Shown here: piece by piece, positions 24,494 through 35,329 of the stretch
Layout of the letters: the number at the start of each line of letters is the position of its first letter
Position numbering within the stretch: position 1 is the first letter of the stretch
Assembly (NCBI GenBank): GCA_973851085.1
Contig: OZ316775.1
Span: 14,446,001-14,510,000 of the forward strand
Length of the DNA: 64,000 nucleotides
Origin: Ptychomitrium polyphyllum
Taxonomy: Eukaryota
Direction of reading: 5' to 3'
Translations under genes and position numbers: made by a program
The notes under the pieces: model-generated
What the model saw: the letters and a program-made list of their open reading frames with translations, nothing else
Told to the model about the DNA's origin: nothing
The model's database searches: none

Positions 24494-26062
24494 TCACTGT
24501 TTGTAGCCAGTTTCCATTTTGTTGGCCTCCAATTCACCCACAGGTACAGCCCAGTGAGCGAGAGTCTCTGGTAATGGCACATAGCGCTTCCAGAACCAAT
24601 GCTTAGTCCACACCAAATCCATTTCTTCGATGGGGATGCCTTTGGTCTCTGGGATAAAGAAGTAGGTGAAGAAGAACATGATGACCACACACGCTGCGAA
24701 GAAGAGGAAGATCCCCCACTTTAATGCACAGAGCATGGCGAGGAAAGCCTGCGCTATCAGGAAGGTAAACAACATGTTGGTTGACACCGAGATGGCCTGC
24801 CCCGCCGACCGCGTCTCCAGAGGGAAGATCTCGCTGGGAATCAGCCATCCCAACGGACCCCATGACCACGCGAACGAGGATACGTACACACATATCAACA
24901 CCACCGCTATCCATCCCAGCGCTGGGGACATGGTCTTCCCGTGCAAACCAGTGGCAAGAATTATGGCTACCGCCACCTGTGAGACAAACATCTGCACGCA
25001 AGCCTCCAGCAGCAGAAAGCGACGCCCAACTTTATCGACCGCGGTAATCGCCACCACTGTGGACAAGACATTTACGGCGCCGACAATCACAGTGGAATAG
25101 AGCGACGCCGAGCTCACGAAGCCAAGTGTTTGGAACAAGACGGGAGCATAGAACATAATGGCATTGATTCCTGTAAACTGTTGAAACAGCTGCATGATCA
25201 TGGCGATGACTAGCTGCGGCCGGTTGCGACGTTTCAAGATGTTTCGAAACGGGTCCTTGATGGCCGTGGCTTTGTCACAGGCGATCAAGATGTCACCAAA
25301 TTCCTCGTCCACATTCTCCACGCCACGAATCTTCTGCAGCACCTGACGCCCGCGATCCAGCCTGCCGCGCTGTACCAGCGAGTTGGGGGTGTCGGGCAGG
25401 AGGATGCCACCCAGCGTGATCAAGAGGGCAGGGATGCCGGCGATGCCGAGCGAGACGCGCCACCCGTTGTGTTGCATCTTCTCTGTGCCGTAGTTCACGA
25501 GGTTCGCCCACAGGATGCCGATGGTCACCGCGAGCTGGAAAAGGATGTTGAGCGCCCCGCGCCACTTGAACGGCGCCATCTCGGACAAGTACAGCGGCAC
25601 GGCTTGATTGGCGAAGCCCACCCCCCAGCCCAGGCATAGACGCCCGATGATGAGCATGAAGATCTCCTGCGCCGCAGTAGTGAAGATGACGCCTAGACAG
25701 AAAGCAATTCCGGCTATGAGCATGGTGGCCTTGCGGCCCCAGTGGCGCGTCGTGTACGATGAGAAGAATGTTGACACCAGCGCTGCAACGTAGAGCGACG
25801 ACGTGAACGCTACCAGCTTCTGGTCGTCGTACTTGCAGTAAGCGCTCTCCGTAGCTGCCGCTGCTCTCTTATTTTCCAGCACTGCCGGGAAGAACTTCGC
25901 CAGAAACTCGTCCATGGATGTCACTCCGCCTGAAATTCCGACGTCGTATCCAAACATAAGGCCTCCGGATGCGGCGACTATACATACCATGCATACAAAC
26001 CATGTTGTGCGGCCCACGTAGTTCTTGATCTCCCCTGATGTCACTGCCCCTCCACCCGCCAT
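24494..26062 (-). CDS. STP: Sugar transport protein (MFS hexose/H+ symporter), intronless, 522 aa
   Basis: GGLMFGYDVGISGGV, FTSSLY, GFANQAVPLYLSEMAP, PDTPNSL, QQFTGINAIMFYAP, WSWGPLGWLIPSEIFPLETRSAG and PETKG in one ORF. Confidence 0.97.
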   Translation of the reverse strand: MAGGGAVTSGEIKNYVGRTTWFVCMVCIVAASGGLMFGYDVGISGGVTSMDEFLAKFFPAVLENKRAAAATESAYCKYDDQKLVAFTSSLYVAALVSTFFSSYTTRHWGRKATMLIAGIAFCLGVIFTTAAQEIFMLIIGRLCLGWGVGFANQAVPLYLSEMAPFKWRGALNILFQLAVTIGILWANLVNYGTEKMQHNGWRVSLGIAGIPALLITLGGILLPDTPNSLVQRGRLDRGRQVLQKIRGVENVDEEFGDILIACDKATAIKDPFRNILKRRNRPQLVIAMIMQLFQQFTGINAIMFYAPVLFQTLGFVSSASLYSTVIVGAVNVLSTVVAITAVDKVGRRFLLLEACVQMFVSQVAVAIILATGLHGKTMSPALGWIAVVLICVYVSSFAWSWGPLGWLIPSEIFPLETRSAGQAISVSTNMLFTFLIAQAFLAMLCALKWGIFLFFAACVVIMFFFTYFFIPETKGIPIEEMDLVWTKHWFWKRYVPLPETLAHWAVPVGELEANKMETGYKQ

Positions 26063-26629
26063 CTTGCTGGAAAACTGCTCCCAAAATTCTCAAGTTCTTT
26101 GCAACACATTCCTGAGATCAATTCTCTACCTGTGCTACAGAGCTTTGCACTAACTCCGTTAGCTCGAGCTGTGTCCTTCCAGGCACTGCTAGTTGTGGAA
26201 GTAAGGTCACAAGTGGTGAAACTAAGAGAATAATCAAACACCCGCTGTGTCTTTCAATACGGTATATAGATGGGCAAACAAAAAAATGGTTGCTTATAAA
26301 ATGGTGGAGGATTAAATTTATAGTGTCAGATTCACACAGCTTTTAATTTAGATTGCTAGGCATATGGTTGAGAAAAAAGTAAAACCCATTTTAAGTACAG
26401 CTTTTACTTTACTGAACTTGATAGTCCTTATGTGGTTAGTGGGAAAACAGATATTTAAATTATCCGTATTCTATCAGTTTTGTAATGTAAGCATAGAGAA
26501 AGATTGTTTGAGATTCCTTAATGGACTGTAGGATAGTGAAAGACTTAAGAATGGAGAGAAGGAAGGGCAAAGAGAATAGTACCAATGATTATATTAAATA
26601 GCGAGGGGAGAGACTCTTCGAATGATGGA

Positions 26630-27170
26630 GATCTCGTCAACGACGACCTGAATAGCCGTTTATGTTGCGGCGTCGCCGAGAGAGACCGAAGAGGAGACGC
26701 AAGAACCACATCGCCAACGCCTGTGCTCGCTGGTGCTGCACCTAGCCCTGCCACAGCCCCTGTTGCTGCGGATTTTGATCCAACATGATCTCTGACACTC
26801 CATCGCTTCTCCTATTTCTCGAAAATAGATTCATCTTCCGCCCATGTCTGTTGTTGAGATTGAAAGTCCCTAAACCTGCAAGTGGATAGTGTTGTGCAGT
26901 GTGTACAGGTACAATCCTTAACTAAGATTATGTGACGTTATTGCAACGCTTCTGTCTACTTTGGGATCCATGAACTCCCTTAAATTCTCTGTAATTTGAA
27001 CAGCAAGCAGCAACTGCACCTTTGAATGTTGATCTTGGAAGCCAAAACAGAGTTACTCATGTAAAGAATGAGTTTGCTGATATCGGCAGTTTGTTGCTGC
27101 TTTTTTGACTTGAGATGATTCAAGGATGCGAGGATGTTCATTTGATTTGTGGTCAAAACAGAGTCATCAC
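26630..27170 (+). pseudogene. 5'-truncated disabled copy of the CYSTM-like gene, including its 3'UTR
   Basis: Aligns to ~21360-21890. Reads RRRRKNHIANACARWCCT*PCHSPCCCGF* (15-nt deletion in the TM helix, TGG>TAG at 26743). 3'UTR similarity continues (gagattgaaag, ccatgaactc, cagcagc..cagctttgaatgt, ggatgttcatt). Confidence 0.9.
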
Positions 27171-27362
27171 TGATAGGATCAACAAGAAGTTGGGCACTCA
27201 CATTCCACCAACTATCCTCAATAGTGTAATGGAAATTTATTAACAAGATTGATGCAGTACTTTTCAAGTACAGATTAGGAGCAGATTGAGAGTAGCAAGA
27301 ATACCATTCACATATCTAACCCCTAAATATTAGTGCCTGACTGAATGCCAAACCATTTTCCT

Positions 27363-27406
27363 TGAGTATCACTTAAATATCACCTCAGCATCACCTAAGT
27401 AGACAT
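27363..27406 (+). repeat. Degenerate 11-bp tandem array, same family as 11692
   Basis: tgagtatcact taaatatcacc tcagcatcacc taagtagacat. Confidence 0.65.
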
Positions 27407-27514
27407 AGTAACACCCCCATAGCCAATTCCTTCATTGCAATAAATCTGTGTCTGCAATGTCAACAGCACATGAGCTGATAGAATTGACGTGACCACCACT
27501 ACATGGGGTGCCCA

Positions 27515-28302
27515 TCATGAAGACTTTGGTGAAGCCGCTGAGTGCACAAACCATTTTCTTGAGCATGCATCCTGCTCATGCTTCACCCGATAATCAAGTT
27601 CTGCCGCTCGTGGCTTCTCAGCGGTAATCATGCATGCAGAAACTGTTAACGTTGCTGCAGCAACGCCAGGAACACCAGCAACTGCACGCGTATAATCCAG
27701 TTCTGCTGGAAAAACTATCACTCTTGCCGCTCCGAATACTCAAAATTCGTCGTAAAACCACTGCCACTGTGCATTCGTTGTGTTCTCACTATTACGGTTG
27801 TTAACAACCTGAGCTACTGCCGCAAGCACTAATTTGTTTCTAGACTCCAGAGGTTGAGCATACTCCTCAACATTCTCCTCAAGTAACCCCTCAAACTTAT
27901 CCTCAGTCGACTCTTCACCATCATCATCCCTTCTCTCCTCGACTTCATCATCGTTTAACTGCTCCATCTCCTTAACATTATCACTGCTACACACTTTCCT
28001 CTTCACTCCCTATTACCTCGCCCAAAATTCGGTGGAGGAGGAGCTTCACGCTTCAAAGCACTCTTCAAAACTTGCTAGGAGGAAAAACCACTTGGCTCCC
28101 CCTTCCTCGTTGAGACTGAACCTCGCTTTTCTTCTTTCTCACTAGATTGTAAAGCTGCACGAAGGCGAGCAAGCCTGCCCTTCAGGCACCGGATTTGTTC
28201 ATCTTCTACATCTTCTTCTTCTATCGAAAACCGCACACGCTTTCTTCTGATTTCCTTCACAGTGGCCGGAGAAACTACACGGGCATCACCATTACAGCAC
28301 AA
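27515..28302 (-). pseudogene. Disrupted acidic/basic low-complexity protein with PP1-docking-like motifs
   Basis: Coding-like reading ..RRKRVRFSIEEED..GFSS*QVLKSALKRE.. then frameshift to GVKRKVCSSDNVKEMEQLNDDEVEE..FYDEF*VFGAARV..PAELDY. Stops at 28075 and 27740. Confidence 0.45.
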
Positions 28303-29089
28303 TTGGCAAGTCTAGGCAAAACGTTAGCCTTGCATGATTAAAATAATTCTGAACACCCTATCCCAAAGGTACAATTCCATCCCAAACATACACACTTTCC
28401 ATGTTGCCGTCAAGTTCAATTGAACTTGACGCCATACATGAGCCCCAGTTCATCACTTTTGACTGCCACATGCATCACAATGAACAGTAGTAGGACACTG
28501 TTCCACTTTATGTACAATACAGTATCTCACCAGATGCTGTACTGTAGCAGGGTCATGCTGCTAAAGCATGTTATGGCTCTGGAAGGAATCAACAAAGTAA
28601 GAATGGTAGTAAGAGAAGGAAACATACAGGGGATCCGCGCGAGGTCGATTTTCTTGAAGTTCATTCGCCCCGACCTGTAGTAAGGGTTGCGGTGTGTGCT
28701 GTGCTGCTCCTTCAAAGTTCGACACATGATGAACCTACTCCATCGGCATTCTCTTTGCGGAGATGCTTGCAAACAACAACTGTGCTAGCTCAAACACTAT
28801 GACCATAACTACAACCAATAATCACGTTTGAGCTATCTCTTTAGATTTTATGGCCTCCACTCACATTGCCTCCCAGAGTCCCAGTTTGAACTCCACAGTA
28901 ATGGGGCAACTTGCATGCCCTTGCCAAGTGTTAAGAGGATGTATCTCCAAAATCCTCACTCCCAAACATCACCATTATCTACTGAGAGCGTACATTTGGA
29001 TTTCTATTGAGGACATGACTGATGTTGCTTTTTGCACACGGTGTTGATTTTGGCAAGGTGTTGGTTTTGGATATGCATCCAGAAAATCA

Positions 29090-30620
29090 TTCCAGGATGT
29101 GTTGAAGCTTTAAAATTTAGTGAAAGTATCAATTGCACCAATTGAATTATAAATGCTATCCTTTTTGCTTAAGAAGAATATTTTACCAATTGTATTTATA
29201 GAAGTCCTTGTATATGAATAACATCAATATCATTGTTTGTGGTAAAAGTTTTATTTTTCTTAAACAATAATAACCTTGTGTAAATGGTTGATATAATTGA
29301 TATTAAATCACATTTTCAATGTAGAAGAAGTGGTAATTATTCCTTTGTGTGCGAATTTAGATAAATTTAGAAAGAAAATGACTTTGTATAAGAATTGATT
29401 ACTTCAAAAAAAACATAGCACATAGTAATACAAGGTCCTTTTTATTTACTAAAAATAAAATTTGTATTTTTATTAGAATAATATAAATTTTTATTAAAAA
29501 ATATTTAGAATGTTTTGAAAATACAACTACAAATATGTTAATTACATAATTTAGATTACAAAATGGTTCCATAATGTGATAATTCCACTTAAGAGACATG
29601 CTATTTACAAAGAATAATAAACGCTTCTATTATAATAGCTATATATTGCAAAGATTAAATGTGATTTTAGGATTTTGTAAGAAATACCAAAAAAAACCTT
29701 ATAATTTCTATTGTCTATATGTTTATCCATCCAAGATTATAAACTTATTTTTATTTTTATTTTACTTTTATAAATTGTATATAAACCTATATTATATGCT
29801 AGCACATTAAAGATGTAATAGCACTTATATTTGTTTTTTAATATGAAACTAACTTTAGATAATGGATAACTGAAAAATGTTTAAAAATCATTTTAAAGAG
29901 TTACTAGGTTTAAGAAATTCAATAACTACATACAATTACAAGGTATTTTTAAAATGTCATATAATTTATGAATTTTTAAAAATTTAACAAAATGTTTATA
30001 ATTTCAACATGTTTTCAAAAAAAAATTATGTTAGTGTAGTTTATGATGACAAAATTTTAATTTGAGAAATAAATGAATTAAAAAAATTCTTAGTTTTTCT
30101 TCATATACTTGTAAATTTTTTGTCCAATGTTCCAAGGAATCATTGTTTTAGTGTTAATGAATTTTTTGTAGTTTTAATAAAACACTTTTGAATTCCACTT
30201 GAAAAAATTATTTCAAAATATAAGTGGATATAATTTCAATGCACACAATATAAGAAAGAATGTCAAATTTTTGTTATTGAATCACTATTATTTGCATTAT
30301 TCCTATGGAGAATAATCACCAATAAATAGGGAATTTTGTACATTGGCCAAAATTTGTATTCATGCTTTATAAAGCATACATAAATCTTGGAGACGAGTTG
30401 GAAATTAAGATATCCAATATTTACACCTATATGAAAATACAACTAATATATTCCTTGTATTTGTGTTCATACTCTAGCCTCTTGTCCTTAACATATATGC
30501 AAACTCATACATGGTATGTTATGTAGCATATTCCCATACACTTTGACTACATATCAAGGAATACAAATTTGAAGGAAAATTACAAGAAACATTCAATTCA
30601 AAGAATTTACTACCTTCCTC
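29090..30620. mobile_element. AT-rich decayed TE-like interval
   Basis: Very AT-rich, CpG-depleted, no credible ORF. Confidence 0.35.
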
Positions 30621-30985
30621 TAAATTTCCATTTCCTCTGAATTTCCATTAGCTAGGATGTTTCTGATATTAAACCACATGTCTCCTTATGGTTTTGCTTC
30701 CACATAAAGGCTATGAATTGCTTAATCCAGAAAAAGTGTTTTGCTTGTTGGACTGTGGGATAACCCAGCCTCAGATTCAAACTATGGAGAGTCTGCCCTA
30801 TATTGGAATTCTGTTTCAGGGGATGTCAGGCACTGTGTTGACACTCCTAGTGCCGTTCCATAGAGTGTGCACTGTGCATCTTCGCAGCAAGTCCATAATG
30901 CAGTGCCGGGGCCCACAAGAAGAGAAGACTCGGCGAGGACGCCACCTGCACCCCACACCAACTCTTGTCAGCTGGCATCAGTCTC

Positions 30986-31012
30986 CACGTGGCACTGGAT
31001 CCATGACGTGGC
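30986..31012 (+). promoter_or_regulatory. Paired ABRE/G-box-like motifs (CACGTGGC, GACGTGGC) upstream of the RING-CH gene
   Basis: ccacgtggcactggatccatgacgtggc: two ACGTGGC cores 19 bp apart, just before the probable leader of the E3 gene. Confidence 0.55.
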
Positions 31013-32097
31013 AAAAGCGCACTCTGCCTGTCTCTGCAGAATCCCACCGCGACCTCAACAACAAAAAGGAAATCTGAAGCTTCTTCACCACATCCAGTAA
31101 TCTCGATTGATTGCTGGATCGACTTTATTCGATACTAAGGTGATATCGTGCTTATACCAAGCCGGGTATCAAACCCAAGCTCCTGTGCTGAAACCGCTTT
31201 TCGACAACACCTGGATGATACATGTATTATACTGGTGTGATACCTGGCCGTTGACCACGCAGGTATGGTTGATATGATGACCGCGTTGTGGGCCTGTCGA
31301 TGCTCCTTGTGCACCGAACTAGGCCACTGAATCATACTGCCGATTGCCTTATGTTCATTCCATTTGCTGTTGAAACATTTTGCGGGACCAGGTTGGCAGA
31401 GAGCTCGTGGTGTATATGATGCAAGCATCTGAGACTTTTTGCATTTGAACGTGCACTCGACGTGCACGCGACTTGCACTGGCCACTTTTAGGGAGCAGTT
31501 AGTGAGTGCCATTATTCTGCTCGGTTTGTTGATGTTGTTTAAAGTTATCAGGTGTGACTTGCTTGCAAAGATACTCTGGAGCCGGTTGTTTGAGCCAACC
31601 ACACTACGTTTTCTGTGAGGTGGGCAAGCTTGAAAGGTCGGAACTTTGTACCGTACTTGTGTGTCGATTTGTAGTTGCGTTTGGAGACCAATGATGTGAA
31701 GATCACTTCTAGTACCTGGACGCTGCGGTTTTGGGATGCGGTTTGTGCGACTGGGTTCCGCTATTTTTCTGTGACACGGTAAGATTCATTCTAGTTTTCT
31801 GACTATGTTGCTGTGGAGAATCAATAATTCGGTTTTCTGTTCAAAGCAGAAGTGAATGAATTGAAAGTGGTCAAGTTTTTGAGTAACTTTCAAACTCTGG
31901 GTGCGTAAGTGATACTTACCTGTGCACTCTGATGTCCTACATATTACATGAACTTGTCCTCATGATTGATCACCTCTACAAGAATCATCTCAAGATCCAG
32001 ATGTGTTTCCACAGTGGGCTGATTATTGCACAGAAGTAGAAGAAGTGATTGGGGCTGCGGAACTCTTAATGGTTGTCAGCATGTCAGAGAATTGGGC

Positions 32098-34648
32098 ATG
32101 AAGATGCCCTCAGAGGTGGTATTGTGTGATGAGAATTGCAAGGGATCTGATGCGTGGGATCATTGTGTGATGGCAGAGAACCATCTCATTGAATTCCACG
32201 CAGAGAGTGGCACCATGCTGCGAAGGTTCAACTCCCTGATTAAGGGACCTAAGGGGAGCCAAGTCAGCGACGACGAGCTCTCGGAGTTGCACGTTTCGCT
32301 CCGACCGGCGCTCTCCGTAGACTCGTCGCTCTTCACATCCTCCCAGCACCACCATGTCAACCCACTGCAGCAGCAGCTTGCGCGTGCGCGAGAGGAGGGT
32401 CTAGCAAGAGCGCGAAGTACTCGCTCCAGCTCGGAGTCCAACGGCCAAACCTCGTTGAATGCCGGCTCGTTGCAACAGGGGCCCGAGGATCAATACCAAG
32501 GTGTTGTTAGAGCTAATGGCCATGAGTTCGTCATTGGTCGCGTCCTCGAGGATAGGTCTTGGAAGGAGGGCTACGAGCAGGGAAACCAGTTTCAGTCCTC
32601 CTTAGATTCACCTTCGAAGCCGTCCGAGGCTCGCGATCGATTCATTACGGAATTGAAAGCTGAGGAGAATGGCGCGGCAAGTGCACAGCCCCAATTCACG
32701 TTTCGTCCTGTTTCTTCTCAGGCTGATGTTCCGAAAGTGCTGCGAACGAGCAGCGATGCTGTTGTTGCTGCGGAAAGAACTAATTCGCAGTCGGATTTGT
32801 ACACCGTTGTCGACATTCCAGATGCGCAGCCCGGTAGTGGCCTGGACCTCGAGAACCTGCGCAAGAGTGTCTTGACGACCGGCCCTGGGCGCACGTTTAG
32901 CTCGTGGAGCACAGACAGCGCGGCAGAGCATTGCAGGTATTTGCGAATGTTGGAGACCTAAATTGACTTTGTGATTGGTAATCATTGAGGGAGCTCATAA
33001 TTATGAAATATTTTGTGGTTCAACAGGATTTGTCAGCAGAATACACAAGAACCGCTTATCGAGCTGGGATGCGCGTGTCGAGGGGAGATGTCGAGGTCGC
33101 ACAAGTCATGCATTGAGATGTGGTTCAAGAACAAGGGAACCAACAAGTGCGAGGTTTGCCAGTACGTTTCACTAGCGTTTCTCTGCCAACTGTTGAACAA
33201 CCATTACAATTACAGATACATTGAACCACCTTCTGTGCATCTGTTCAGTGAATTCACGAACAATTCCTAAGTTTTTCATTTCTGCTGTGGTCTTGCTCTA
33301 TTCTCTCAGGCACGTCGCGTCAAACATACCAGCTCCAGAAACATCAGCTTCGGTACGTTATGTCCGTCGAGAATGCATCAAAAGCAAGTAGTAGCTGAAA
33401 ATCTATTTGTGCTCTGTCTACTTGTATACTTTAGCTTCAACCTTTGAAATTGACTGTGTTGCTGAACCGATAGGGTTTGGGATTTTGTATATGTGTAGCA
33501 GCCGCATTTCTGGGTTTGGCGACTTGGCGGCGCCGGGCAGATAGAGGGAGTGCCAGCTGGAACTGCACGCAGGGTAGGAGTTCAGAGTCTCCAACCGATA
33601 GTGAACCGACCCGTGCTGCTTATGATTATCAAAAAACATCCCTTGATTCCTATCATGTGGTTGGGCTTGCTTGCATTCATGACCTACCTATTTGTGGATT
33701 CCATCAATACTTCGACCATCGGCTATGCCGCCATGCCGATAGGGTTCCTTTTCGGTAAGCATTCTGTCCACCTTGATAGACTTGCAGTGGAGATCGAATT
33801 ATAGTGATATGTGGTGAACGTGTCTATGTCGGGTTGGTTAGGCTCGATTCCGTACTCTTTGGGCGGCGCTTGGGATACTGGTCGCAGGACTCTTGTTTGA
33901 TGTCCTCATCTCCATCTTACTTGGGGCCACCGCCTTGCCTGTTAATATAATCATTGGTACTCTTCCTTTTACCCTTCCTTCTTCCCATTCTTTCTCTCAG
34001 TCACTTTCTTTCCAGCAAAAAAAGTAGGCGAGAGAGAGGTTGAGGAGACGGAATGGTAACGTGTATTCACTTCAATCATGAATTTGATGCTGTCTTGAAA
34101 TCATGTCACTTTTTGTAGAATGATACAATATTTTTTACATTTGTTGGGATTTAATCCCCGTGTCTTTGTAATGACTGTAGGGCTAAAAATAGTGTGCTGT
34201 TTGTATTTCATAGCCATGTTTTTGAAATATTGTCAACTTTGAACCATTTGTCCCTACCTTATGCTCTGGAGATTAACACATGCATTGTAAATACACAGGC
34301 GTCTTGGTGGTACTAGGGTTGGGCACGGCAGTGAGGTTAATCTTGGAGTACTTGCAAGAACGAAATGTGCGACGGAACATTCGGCTGATGGAATTGTTGG
34401 AACATCCTGCAAACGAGGTCTCAGCGGAAGGTGGCGATCGACCTACTGCTCAGGTATTGGTGACGTTCGATTTATCATTTTGAGCCAACTTCATACTCAA
34501 GCGCTGATGTTGCTCGAAGATGATACATACAACGTTGCATTCACTTAAAGAACACGATATAACTAGAGTTCGGGTGCTGTCAGTTGGCTACCCAGGTGGT
34601 TGATTATTTTTGAATATTTTGTTGCAGAGTGGGCCTTCTCCTGTGTAA
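32098..34648 (+). CDS. RING-CH (RINGv/MARCH-type) membrane E3 ubiquitin ligase. Exons 32098-32936, 33027-33161, 33310-33352, then either 33502-33573 + 33842-33956 or 33502-33754, then 34299-34453, 34628-34648
   Basis: C4HC3 RING: CRICQQ..LGCACRG..SHKSCIEMWF..KCEVC. PHFWVWR linker, TM helices, GVLVVLGLGTAVRLILE. Both isoforms are in frame (1380 and 1446 nt). NAGNAG acceptor at 33496-33501. Confidence 0.92.
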
Positions 34649-35329
34649 GGTTTCGTTGCATTGGTTTGAAGATTATCCAGAGAGAACGACCAAGTCATCA
34701 GCAAGTGATCCAAGTGGTTAAACTCTGTGGCAACCTTGGCTGGATGGATCGTGGTTGTTAGATGCAACACCAAGTTTGAATCTGCATGCGTCTCCACGTC
34801 ATTTGTAATGGTTTACCATTTAGACCATGACTGCATCTTTCCATGTATGCTCCGGACCGTGCTATTCTGTTCTACAAGTAGTAAGGATCTCATTTTGTCT
34901 CACAACAAAAAGTGGGTCACTTTTAGTGTTCACCTCGATCTGGTATTATAGACTTGTATAAATAGAACCTGCCCTATGTGTACTTTATATTTTTTGAACA
35001 ATCTACTGGGGTAGGTTGTGAGGTAGTTTGCATGAACAAATCTTGGTGATGGTTGGGAATTGTTTTATGTGTAGAGAGCTTACCAAGCTCCGTGACGCAC
35101 ACCATAGCCATCTCTGTGCATCATCTTCTCTTTACATTTCTTTTACACTTATTGTTTGTTTTGCTAAACAAGCACACATGAGTGTTAACATTTTTGCTTT
35201 CCCTTAGCATTACTAGGAAGTAACACCTAATTGAGCCACCTTTGTGTGTGCGCTTATGTGAAAACTTCATTCTCATGATGTGAAACATGAGAGTATTAGC
35301 AAGAATTAACCAAAACACATGACAATAAA

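Noticed and set aside
24603..25793. Overlapping alternative-frame and antisense ORFs in STP
   Set aside because: Expected shadows of a GC3-rich coding sequence; no recognisable motifs.
33574..33585. GTAGGAGTTCAG as a micro-intron making module B a separate exon
   Set aside because: 12 nt is too short for spliceosomal removal; read-through to the 33754 donor explains it.
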